Source: Candidatus Micrarchaeum sp.
GTDB lineage: Archaea > Micrarchaeota > Micrarchaeia > Micrarchaeales > Micrarchaeaceae
Assembly (NCBI RefSeq): GCF_016806735.1
Contig: NZ_CP060530.1
Span: 540,001-572,000 of the forward strand
Direction: 5' to 3'
DNA: 32,000 bases
Within the stretch, counting starts at the first letter, position 1, and the number at the start of each line of letters is the position of its first letter. The translations under genes were made by a program, and so were the position numbers. This document shows, one piece after another, positions 24,470 to 32,000 of this stretch. Below the pieces are notes generated by a model that was not told the DNA's origin, searched no databases, and saw nothing but the letters and a program-made list of their open reading frames with translations.

Positions 24470-25653
24470 ATCCTGGATTCTGATCCGAATGCCAAAAGCA
24501 CAATTCCAGCAAGTATCGCCATAGTTGCGGCGAAACCATAAGCGTATAGAGGTCCGAGTACGTAAAGAAATCCGAGCGCCAGGTTGGCAACAAACAGGCC
24601 TATGCTGCGTGACGAAGTCAGCATGCCCATTCCGCTGCCCGAGTTTAGCCTGTTTTTAACAAGCGATACTATTGTTGGCTCCAGGGTTTCTATTGTTCCT
24701 ACGGCTACTCCTATCACGAATATACCTGCATATGAAACCAAAGCCCCCAATCCGAAATGGTAGGAGAGGCCTATTATGAGCGAGCCAATGCCTGCAAAAA
24801 AATATCCGAACACTGCAAGGTTCCTGACCATTCTCTTTGCCAAAACTCCAGCAACATATCCGAATATGGCTGAGACCAGAAGGAACACTGCATACGAAAG
24901 CACGCCGTATAAATCTGTTGACTGCTGAGCAATCGTAAGGACGGGAAAGCTTAGGCTGTAGAAACTAAGCCCATATATCCCGGTTGCAAGTATTACTCCC
25001 TTGTAGGCGCGCGACTTGGCACGCACGGCTTTGGATGCGGCCTTTGCTTTTTCTGTTGCTTTGGCTTTAATGCTGCCTTTTCTACGGCTTGGGAGGCCTT
25101 TATAGCTTACCAAGAAAAGGCACAATGAGGATATCAGTATTGGTATCGCCGTGGCAAGGAATATCAGCTTTAGGGCTATGCCTAGGTATATGCCTATTGA
25201 CAGATAGGCTACCGCTACAACACCGCCACCAACATCAAGCGCGTTAAGGAATCCATAGACCCTTGGCTTGTCAAGCCTGCTTGATATGTCCCCTATCATT
25301 GCCCTTCTGGCAGGAGTCCTGAAATTGCGCGCCCACCAGCCCGCAGAGAATATGGCCGTGGCCTCGGCGGCGAACGAGGCAAATCCGGTGAATGATAATA
25401 CAGGTATCAAAATATTGCCAAGTATTGCTATCTTCTTCTTGCCGTGCTTGTCGGCGAGCCTGCCGCCGTAATAAGCAAAAACAGAGCCTATGCCATATGC
25501 AAGCGCCATGGCTATTCCTAGGTAATATACTGGAGCTTTCAGGTATAGTACCAAAAATATCGGAAATCCTGCTATCAGAGCCTGGTAGCCTGCGTCTGCA
25601 AAAAATGCGGATAACGATATTAACAGTACGTCTCTTGTCAGCCAACGCTTCAT
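24466..25653 (-). CDS. Major facilitator superfamily transporter
   Basis: 395 aa, about 12 hydrophobic helices. The MFS loop 2-3 signature is GGRLADKHGKKK, and the central basic loop is rich in KAK repeats. Confidence 0.85.
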   Translation of the reverse strand: MKRWLTRDVLLISLSAFFADAGYQALIAGFPIFLVLYLKAPVYYLGIAMALAYGIGSVFAYYGGRLADKHGKKKIAILGNILIPVLSFTGFASFAAEATAIFSAGWWARNFRTPARRAMIGDISSRLDKPRVYGFLNALDVGGGVVAVAYLSIGIYLGIALKLIFLATAIPILISSLCLFLVSYKGLPSRRKGSIKAKATEKAKAASKAVRAKSRAYKGVILATGIYGLSFYSLSFPVLTIAQQSTDLYGVLSYAVFLLVSAIFGYVAGVLAKRMVRNLAVFGYFFAGIGSLIIGLSYHFGLGALVSYAGIFVIGVAVGTIETLEPTIVSLVKNRLNSGSGMGMLTSSRSIGLFVANLALGFLYVLGPLYAYGFAATMAILAGIVLLAFGSESRI

Positions 25654-25704
25654 GGTTTCAATTTTACGAAAATCTATTTATTGATTGCCACTGCATTCGG
25701 ATGC

Positions 25705-27627
25705 CTATTTTCTAAGCAAGTCAAAGTCCGAATATGCATCCCCATGCTCTGAAAGCTCTGCCATCTGGGACCTCTTGGCCTTGAGGACATTTATGCAAGA
25801 ATCGAGTATTGCCCTTACATTCATATTGTTAGGCGATTTTGAAATATAGCGTTTTTCGGACATGAGCATGGAATTTATATCAAATGCCCCATATGCCCCT
25901 TCTGGCAAAAGATCGTGGGCGCGCTTTATGAACTCTTCCAGTGCGGATGCCTCCTTTATAAAATCATTTGCCATTGATGAGAATTCAGAATCGCCCATGG
26001 GCTCAAATCTTGAATAGCTCTCCGAAACGCGCAATGAGATCCCATCCAAGAAGAAATACATTGGCTTCATCATTCCATCTATGCCAAGCGCATTCAGCAA
26101 AGCTCGTTTTGTCCTGCGACCCATTTTTGATTCCGGCCAAATGGCCTTATTAAGCGCGTCCTGTGCTGCAAGGCTCCATTCCAGTATCTCCCTGCCGGCT
26201 TCCAATGCCTTAAATGTCCTTTCGTCAATCTTAATTTCATCTAGCTTTACGCTGACCAATTTTTTCCCGTACGTGTTAGTGAGATATATCCCTTCCGAAT
26301 CATTCCCCACTGTTCCGATGCCTGACCTTGATGCAAGGGCCATAAATATCAGTTTGTACGCAACGTCTTTGCCCTTCGGTTCTATCTTTATTCTGCTTAT
26401 GGCGTCCTTGAAAGTGCTTTCGTCACCTAATGCAGACCTTGGGATACCATACTGGGAAAGGAGCATGCCCACCGTAACCTCTCTGTAACGCATAAGTGCG
26501 CCGTAATCCACATCTTTCGAATATTCATAGTGAAACGTGTCAACGGTCCTTATTTTAAATGCCTTATCTTTACCCTCATACTTTATGTCCACTATTGAGC
26601 CTCCTCCATTGTGCATGGTGGAATCCAAGTACATTTCCAAAGACATCGACAGATAGAACTTTTGGAACTCGTTAAGCGTGTCGCCGAACAATTCCATCGT
26701 CTTGACTATCTTTTTCAGGTTTGTATTTTTCCAGAGCTTTGAATCCGGCTCTACAGAATCAGAAAAATCTGCATATACATCTTTTTCCATGCTTAATTTC
26801 AGCTCCGTATAACCTACTCTGCCACCGGTTTTATGGTCTTCGTTCTGCTGCGGCTCCCATTTCAGGTAAAATGCAAAATCTATTCCGTATGTTCCCCGAA
26901 ACTTTACCAGCGTGTCCTTACCCGTGCGGTTCTGGCTTTCTATATACTGGCATATGCTGAGCTCAGTTAAGGGTGCACCAAAAAGCGGCGTAGCCGACTG
27001 GTGTTCGGTGAATAGTGCCGCGGACTTATAGTTTATGGATCTTGACTTCAATACTGCAGGAATTTGGTCATTATTCAGATGATAGAGCCCGCAAAAAACG
27101 ACTGTCTTTCCTTCTGTATCATTAGAATGTTTAGCTATCTCGTTCCCCATGTATATGCCGCGTTCTTCGGACAAGCTTTTATCATCGAAATCTTTCTGCA
27201 TCGAAAATGGCATATCTATGGGAACTATTTCTATCCCTTTCGCATGAACCTCTTTAAGCAGCCTTATCAACTGTAACGGATTCTGCGAATGCCCATCTAG
27301 ATGTTTTGATAGCTCTTTTGCGTTGCCAGTTGTATTTAGCTCGTCTATCGCTGATATAATTTCGGGATCCTTTGGAAGCTCTATGAGAAACCTTTCTACG
27401 CCAGAAGCAGCCATGTCTCCTATGCTTCCCACAAGGCTTCCTACGATTTTTGCATCGTTATGGCCTGTATCGCCTATGACAAGAACCTTGGAATCCTCAA
27501 AAGCATTTGAATATGAAAAATCTGTTGCTGCCTTCGCTTCGTTAGCTATTTCAGAGGCATTGGCAGTTAGCAATTTTAAGGGCATGTCTGCTGCTGGTTT
27601 TCCGGACTTTTTCTTGTAGGAGAACAT
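25705..27627 (-). CDS. Large orphan cytoplasmic protein (640 aa); the N-terminal roughly 200 aa may be ChaN/erythromycin-esterase/Tiki-superfamily-like
   Basis: No TM helix or signal peptide. Ordered motifs VLVIGDTGHND, FLIELP, ERGIYMGNEIAKH, VVFCGLYHL parallel the GxxH / E / R..M / G..H series of that superfamily. The remaining 440 aa have no recognisable motif. Confidence 0.7.
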   Translation of the reverse strand: MFSYKKKSGKPAADMPLKLLTANASEIANEAKAATDFSYSNAFEDSKVLVIGDTGHNDAKIVGSLVGSIGDMAASGVERFLIELPKDPEIISAIDELNTTGNAKELSKHLDGHSQNPLQLIRLLKEVHAKGIEIVPIDMPFSMQKDFDDKSLSEERGIYMGNEIAKHSNDTEGKTVVFCGLYHLNNDQIPAVLKSRSINYKSAALFTEHQSATPLFGAPLTELSICQYIESQNRTGKDTLVKFRGTYGIDFAFYLKWEPQQNEDHKTGGRVGYTELKLSMEKDVYADFSDSVEPDSKLWKNTNLKKIVKTMELFGDTLNEFQKFYLSMSLEMYLDSTMHNGGGSIVDIKYEGKDKAFKIRTVDTFHYEYSKDVDYGALMRYREVTVGMLLSQYGIPRSALGDESTFKDAISRIKIEPKGKDVAYKLIFMALASRSGIGTVGNDSEGIYLTNTYGKKLVSVKLDEIKIDERTFKALEAGREILEWSLAAQDALNKAIWPESKMGRRTKRALLNALGIDGMMKPMYFFLDGISLRVSESYSRFEPMGDSEFSSMANDFIKEASALEEFIKRAHDLLPEGAYGAFDINSMLMSEKRYISKSPNNMNVRAILDSCINVLKAKRSQMAELSEHGDAYSDFDLLRK

Positions 27628-27703
27628 AATGTAAATATTAAATTTTCAAATATTTAAACTACCGCATGGCGCTATTGAATACAAATAGTTTATATATTTA
27701 AAG

Positions 27704-27715
27704 AATTCATGAATT
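27704..27715. promoter_or_regulatory. Perfect 12-bp palindrome between the TATA-like box and the start of the SWIM gene
   Basis: AATTCATGAATT lies directly downstream of TTTATATATTTAAA (27689-27702) and 27 nt upstream of the ATG at 27742. Confidence 0.4.
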
Positions 27716-27741
27716 TTATCCAGTTTTGCCGCTTATAAAGA

Positions 27742-28362
27742 ATGATTTTAATGGATAAGGATAAAAAACGCGAAAGCATCGAAAAGGTGGGAAAAGAAGC
27801 CCAGAAAACGCTCAGCCTGCTCAGGGACACATACCCAAAAGAAGAAAAAAGCGGAGCGGTAGAAATAGCAAAAACAGTATACGAACTGTACAAGAACAAA
27901 GACATTGATTTCGCAAAGCAGATAATGAAGTACGTGACCAGGGTCGACTGGCTCAACAAGAAGCACGACTTCATATACAGGGTGGAAAAAGAGATGAAGG
28001 CTCTGGGTGACCCCGATTTTAAGTCGTTTATTGAGGCCGTAAAAAGAGAACGCAGGGGAGCGATACCCGTAGAGATTGGAGGGGTCACGTTAAAATACGA
28101 AAACAGGTCCAATACATCGATCAACATTTCTGTCAGCATATGGGGGAATGTTATGGTGGAAAGGCTCAGGGATGGGAAATGGAAGGTTAGCTCGCATTCA
28201 GGTGCCGATAGGGAACCTTACATAGTAAGCATAGGTAAAAACCCTTCATGCAACTGCCCAGATTTTGTATACAGGAAAAACAAGGTCGGAGGAAAGTGCA
28301 AACACATATATGAAGCCGAGGCAGTAAAAGCCGTGATTGAGATGGCTTCAGAGTCGAAGTAG
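27742..28362 (+). CDS. SWIM zinc-finger protein (206 aa)
   Basis: The C-terminal CNCPDFVYRKNKVGGKCKH is CxC-x13-CxH, preceded by the usual beta-strands (YIVSIGK). The N-terminal half is helical and charged. Confidence 0.8.
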   Translation: MILMDKDKKRESIEKVGKEAQKTLSLLRDTYPKEEKSGAVEIAKTVYELYKNKDIDFAKQIMKYVTRVDWLNKKHDFIYRVEKEMKALGDPDFKSFIEAVKRERRGAIPVEIGGVTLKYENRSNTSINISVSIWGNVMVERLRDGKWKVSSHSGADREPYIVSIGKNPSCNCPDFVYRKNKVGGKCKHIYEAEAVKAVIEMASESK

Positions 28363-28542
28363 GCTCTTTGGTCAGAAGCAGCTTATTTACAAATTATCTC
28401 TCCGGATTTGAAACAGGCAAAGGAAGTGCGATGAGCCTTCTTAAGAGTTAAGTCACATCCTGTTACATTAGTAGAAGGCCTTAAATAAGCGGTAAAGCGG
28501 CTTTGGGCAAGGTTTAAAAGAATGTAGTGCGGAGTTTTAACC

Positions 28543-29064
28543 ATGTCAGAATCGAAGAAGGGATCCAATAATACTTATTACATAATAGGTGCAGTGGTAA
28601 TAATCGTCATGATAGCTTTGGCAGTCTATTTCGTTGCAGGAAGTGGGTCGCAGGTTGTTGCTGCAGGAGATAATGTTAGCGTTTATTACAGAGGTTCATT
28701 TACCAACGGCACAGTTTTCGGCGACAATTTCAATTCCACGCCACTAAACTTTACTGCAGGATCAAGCGAGGTCATACCTGGATTTAGCAATGCAGTCATT
28801 GGCATGAGGATAGGCCAGACAAAGAACGTTTCGCTTCCGCCAAACGAAGCTTACGGTGAATTCAACAAAAGCAAGGTAATAGACGTGCCCATATCGGATT
28901 TCGGCAATAGCACAGTTAAGGCGAATACGATAGTGACATCCAGCAGCGGCGAACAGGGAATAATAGAATCCGTTAACGCTACTACGGCAGTAATAAACCT
29001 GAATTCGCCATTAGTTGGGAAGACGCTTGATTTTGAAATAAAACTGCTGGCGATAAAGAAATAA
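28543..29064 (+). CDS. FKBP-type peptidyl-prolyl cis-trans isomerase with an N-terminal membrane anchor
   Basis: TM segment YYIIGAVVIIVMIALAVYFVAG, then FKBP motifs VYYRGSFTNGTVFGDNF and VIPGFSNAVIGMRIGQ. Several N-x-S/T sequons are present. Confidence 0.8.
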   Translation: MSESKKGSNNTYYIIGAVVIIVMIALAVYFVAGSGSQVVAAGDNVSVYYRGSFTNGTVFGDNFNSTPLNFTAGSSEVIPGFSNAVIGMRIGQTKNVSLPPNEAYGEFNKSKVIDVPISDFGNSTVKANTIVTSSSGEQGIIESVNATTAVINLNSPLVGKTLDFEIKLLAIKK

Positions 29065-29191
29065 TCCTTTTCCGGCACGTTGAATTTCAAAGACCGACTT
29101 TTATTATTGCGCAAGCCATGCATTCGCTTCGGTACGCAAGGCTTTTATCTTTGATATCCTAAGCTTCTGTTAAAAATGCCGAGGTGAGGCT

Positions 29192-30193
29192 TTGCCCAAA
29201 AACATGGTAGAAGTAAGGGACGCAGTCAAAAGCTTCAAAACTTACGAGAATGGAAAAGGCTTTCTCGGATCGTTCAGAAGAAAATCATTCATGAAGAAAG
29301 CTCTCAAAGGCGTAAGCCTCAACGTAAAGGAGTCAGAAATAGTGGCTTTGCTTGGCAGGAACGGAAGCGGCAAATCAACAATGATAAAGCTAATGAGCGG
29401 AATATTGTATCCTGACAGCGGAAGCATCGAAGTTTTAAACATGAATCCGTGGAAGGAAAGGACAAAGCTTGCAATGAATATAGGCGTGATCTTCGGTTCG
29501 ACACATCCGCAGCTGTTCTGGGACTTGCCGCCGCTGGATACGTTCATATACGTGAAAGAAATTTATGGGATAAGACAAAGAGACTATGATTCCAGGCTCG
29601 CATACTTAAAAAAAATACTTAGCATAGGCAAGGTCTACAAGAGGCAGACTAGACAGCTGTCCTTAGGAGAGAGGATGAAATGCGAGTTCGCGGCATCCAT
29701 ACTTCATATGCCAAAGATCGTTTTTATGGACGAGCCGACTGTAGGTGTAGACCTGCCTTCCAGAATAGCGATAAGCAGGGCAGTCATCGATCTCAGGGAA
29801 AAATTTGGCATAACGTTCGTTCTCACAACCCACGTGGTTGACGACATAACCATAGCCGACAGGATAATACTGCTAGACAAGGGAAGGAAGCTTTTCGATG
29901 GAAAGCAGGAAGAGCTCAAGAAGAGGTTTGGAAAGTACGCGATACTGGAGCTCTATTTCAAGCCTGGAGCAAGGGTTGACTATGCAAAATATGGGGCTTT
30001 GGGAGAGGTTTTCTCCAAAAAGGACGGCTATATTGGATTGAAGGTAGACCCAGACATAACGAAGAGCGATGCGTTCGCTTCCATATTCAAGGATGAGGGC
30101 ATAGAGGATTACAGGCTGTCCGAGCCAGGGCTAAGCAGCATACTTGAGAGCACGTACAAGTATATAGACTCAAACAAAAGGCCTGAGAAATGA
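29192..30193 (+). CDS. ABC transporter ATP-binding protein (ABC-2 type)
   Basis: Walker A GRNGSGKST, signature LSLGERMK, Walker B IVFMDEPTVGVD. GAGGTGAGG lies upstream. The start is either TTG 29192 or ATG 29204. Confidence 0.9.
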   Translation: MPKNMVEVRDAVKSFKTYENGKGFLGSFRRKSFMKKALKGVSLNVKESEIVALLGRNGSGKSTMIKLMSGILYPDSGSIEVLNMNPWKERTKLAMNIGVIFGSTHPQLFWDLPPLDTFIYVKEIYGIRQRDYDSRLAYLKKILSIGKVYKRQTRQLSLGERMKCEFAASILHMPKIVFMDEPTVGVDLPSRIAISRAVIDLREKFGITFVLTTHVVDDITIADRIILLDKGRKLFDGKQEELKKRFGKYAILELYFKPGARVDYAKYGALGEVFSKKDGYIGLKVDPDITKSDAFASIFKDEGIEDYRLSEPGLSSILESTYKYIDSNKRPEK

Positions 30194-30984
30194 ATAGCAA
30201 GTACTTTTCCGTATTCAAAGTTTTCTCGAAAAATGCAATGGCATACAGGGCAGAGATAGCTCTGGATGCAACCTTTTACATGCTCAGCTCGCTTGTCATG
30301 GTAATAGTTTGGATGGCGGTTTATCACTTCTCTGCCCTTACTAGCATAAACGGAGTAACAATAAGCAGCATGACCATCTACCTTTTTGTAATAGGCAGCA
30401 TAGGCTTCCTTTCATGGCCAGGAATAGCCAACGCACTGGAATCCGACATGCGCAGCGGCGAGATAGCTAGCTCGCTGATACGGCCCATAAAATACCCCTA
30501 TGCGATCTTCATAAGGGACATACCTGAAAACCTTATATTCTCATTGGCAGGAACTCTTCCGATATTCATAATAATTTACGTGATCGCAGGGTTGCACCTT
30601 ACGGCAATGCAGGTTTTGATGCTAGCAATAGAAATGGTGCTTGCCTACCTGATAATAAACTTCATAGGCTTCATAATAGGCTCGCTCGCGATATACATAA
30701 CCGACATATACGGCATATTAAGCGGAATTACGTGGATGTTCTCGCTGCTCGGAGGCGGCATCATGCCGCTGCTGCTCTATCCGAAGCTACTTTACGGAAT
30801 ACTGATGCTTACTCCGTTTCCGTTTCTTTATTTCGTGCCTGGAGGAACATTCACAGGAATGATACCTGCAGCGCAGCTGCCCGGGCTCGTGGCGGAAGGG
30901 GCCATATGGGCATTGGTGCTGCTTGGCATCGCAGTTGTCGTATGGAAGCGCGTAAGCAGGGACATAAACGCAGTTGGTGTTTGA
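30190..30984 (+). CDS. ABC-2 family permease subunit 1
   Basis: 264 aa, about 6 TM helices. ATGA start/stop overlap with the ATPase gene. Confidence 0.85.
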   Translation: MNSKYFSVFKVFSKNAMAYRAEIALDATFYMLSSLVMVIVWMAVYHFSALTSINGVTISSMTIYLFVIGSIGFLSWPGIANALESDMRSGEIASSLIRPIKYPYAIFIRDIPENLIFSLAGTLPIFIIIYVIAGLHLTAMQVLMLAIEMVLAYLIINFIGFIIGSLAIYITDIYGILSGITWMFSLLGGGIMPLLLYPKLLYGILMLTPFPFLYFVPGGTFTGMIPAAQLPGLVAEGAIWALVLLGIAVVVWKRVSRDINAVGV

Positions 30985-31776
30985 ATGCTAGATAGCATAT
31001 CCAGAAACCTGAAGATGTACAATGCATCCCAGAAGGTGCTTTGGAAAGACATAGCAATTTACAGGACGCAGTTCATTGTCTGGATATTCGTTTTCATGAT
31101 GAGCACGGTAGCCAGCGTAGTCACTATAACGATAATATACGACGTATCAAGCGGCGTTGCAGGATGGAGCTATTACCAGGTACTGGTGATTAGCTCGCTG
31201 GCCAACATAATGATAGGGATAGTATTTTACAACATATCGCCCCAAAGGCTGGCAAGGACAATGCGCAACGGGCAGTTGGACCAGCGAATACTCAAGCCGT
31301 ACAACCCCATCGTTACAATGCTATCGCTTTACGGCACCAAGACATCCGTAGGCTCGGTAATAAGCGGTGCATTGGTCTTCGGATATGCGGCTTACATGGC
31401 AGGCATAAGCGCAATAGCCCTTTTCGAAATGCTGCTTATATTCGCTTTAGGGGTTGTTTCGCTGACAATGTTCCTTCTTATGATTACGCTTTTATCTTAC
31501 GTTCTTTTCAACAGCGCAGGATACATGCAGTGGGTTGCAAACATAGCCTCAAGGGCAGCGCAGTATCCGCTTACCATATACGGGCTTCCCGGAATACTGC
31601 TGTTCACGGTCGGATTGCCCATTGGCCTTGCAGCATTCTACCCGTCTGCGTTGATCTTCGGAAAGATAGGCCCTGAATCGGTAATGCTTGTGATTGCGAT
31701 CGAAGCCTTTATGATAGCTGTTTATTATTATGCCTGCAAGTGGCTTACCAAGAAGTACAGAAGCGGAGGCGGCTGA
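30985..31776 (+). CDS. ABC-2 family permease subunit 2
   Basis: 263 aa, about 6 TM helices. Its ATG directly abuts the TGA of permease 1 (TGAATG). Confidence 0.85.
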   Translation: MLDSISRNLKMYNASQKVLWKDIAIYRTQFIVWIFVFMMSTVASVVTITIIYDVSSGVAGWSYYQVLVISSLANIMIGIVFYNISPQRLARTMRNGQLDQRILKPYNPIVTMLSLYGTKTSVGSVISGALVFGYAAYMAGISAIALFEMLLIFALGVVSLTMFLLMITLLSYVLFNSAGYMQWVANIASRAAQYPLTIYGLPGILLFTVGLPIGLAAFYPSALIFGKIGPESVMLVIAIEAFMIAVYYYACKWLTKKYRSGGG

Positions 31777-31843
31777 AAATAAATTCCGCCAATAACCCCA
31801 AGTGCAGTCAGAACAAAAGGAATATGAATTGTAAAGAGCTTTG

Positions 31844-32000
31844 TTATTTCGACTTTTTGCGAACCTCCTTATGCTTTTCGGAGCTCTCGGATTCGTCTTT
31901 TGTCAGTTCCTCCTTCTGTTCGTTGATTTCGTGCTGTTCCTCCTTTATTTCTTTCTTTTCTACCTTTATCTCTTCTTCCTCTATGTACACGAAGTACATT
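31844..32000 (-). CDS. Glu/Lys-rich C-terminal end of a gene that may continue beyond the window
   Basis: The minus frame is open from the window edge to a TAA (31844-31846): ..MYFVYIEEEEIKVEKKEIKEEQHEINEQKEELTKDESESSEKHKEVRKKSK*. It may start at the ATG at 31997-31999 or further upstream. Confidence 0.3.
   Translation of the reverse strand, partial: MYFVYIEEEEIKVEKKEIKEEQHEINEQKEELTKDESESSEKHKEVRKKSK

Noticed and set aside
1-32000. Search for an integrase, transposase, IS inverted repeats, rRNA or tRNA that would delimit a mobile island.
   Set aside because: No ORF shows DDE, tyrosine- or serine-recombinase motifs, and no rRNA- or tRNA-like sequence was seen. The island-like regions are therefore supported only by composition and repeats.

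Overview
This looks like an archaeal chromosomal segment. That is an inference from heavy ATA/AGG/AGA codon use, A/T-rich TATA-like boxes about 25-35 nt upstream of start codons with very short leaders, GAGGT/GGTGA Shine-Dalgarno elements, and gene content resembling acidophilic Thermoplasmata-type genomes. No taxon can be proven from the sequence alone. I call about 38 protein-coding genes. By eye I found no rRNA, tRNA, CRISPR array, integrase or transposase.

Recognisable genes:
- class-III aminotransferase plus enolase-superfamily dipeptide-epimerase-like operon
- shikimate dehydrogenase
- vapBC toxin-antitoxin module
- aquaporin
- CYTH protein
- SET-domain methyltransferase
- GNAT acetyltransferase
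- UvrD-type helicase fused to a PD-(D/E)XK nuclease
- YfbR-like HD phosphohydrolase
- processive GT2 glycosyltransferase
- HIT hydrolase
- carbamate kinase and arginine deiminase
- AlkA-like glycosylase
- MFS transporter
- SWIM zinc-finger protein
- membrane-anchored FKBP
- ABC-2 transporter (ATPase plus two permeases)

Composition is mosaic. An AT-rich, almost gene-free 1.1-kb tract (5725-6811) lies next to a GC-rich island (7871-9579).

Leads for something undescribed, all hypotheses:
1. A divergent pair at 25705-28362: a 640-aa orphan with a ChaN/EreA/Tiki-like N-terminus and a stand-alone SWIM protein.
2. The helicase-nuclease plus HD neighbourhood at 13805-17243.
3. A vapBC cassette bracketed exactly by 36-40 bp direct repeats (6779-7561).
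4. Two diverged copies of an uncharacterised HTH/acyltransferase-like family (3649-4302 and 12200-12868). The second copy sits in a run of protein-modifying enzymes (CYTH, SET, GNAT).
5. A 53-aa gene (21009-21170) that falls below the ORF-track cutoff.

None of these could be confirmed without database or structure searches.
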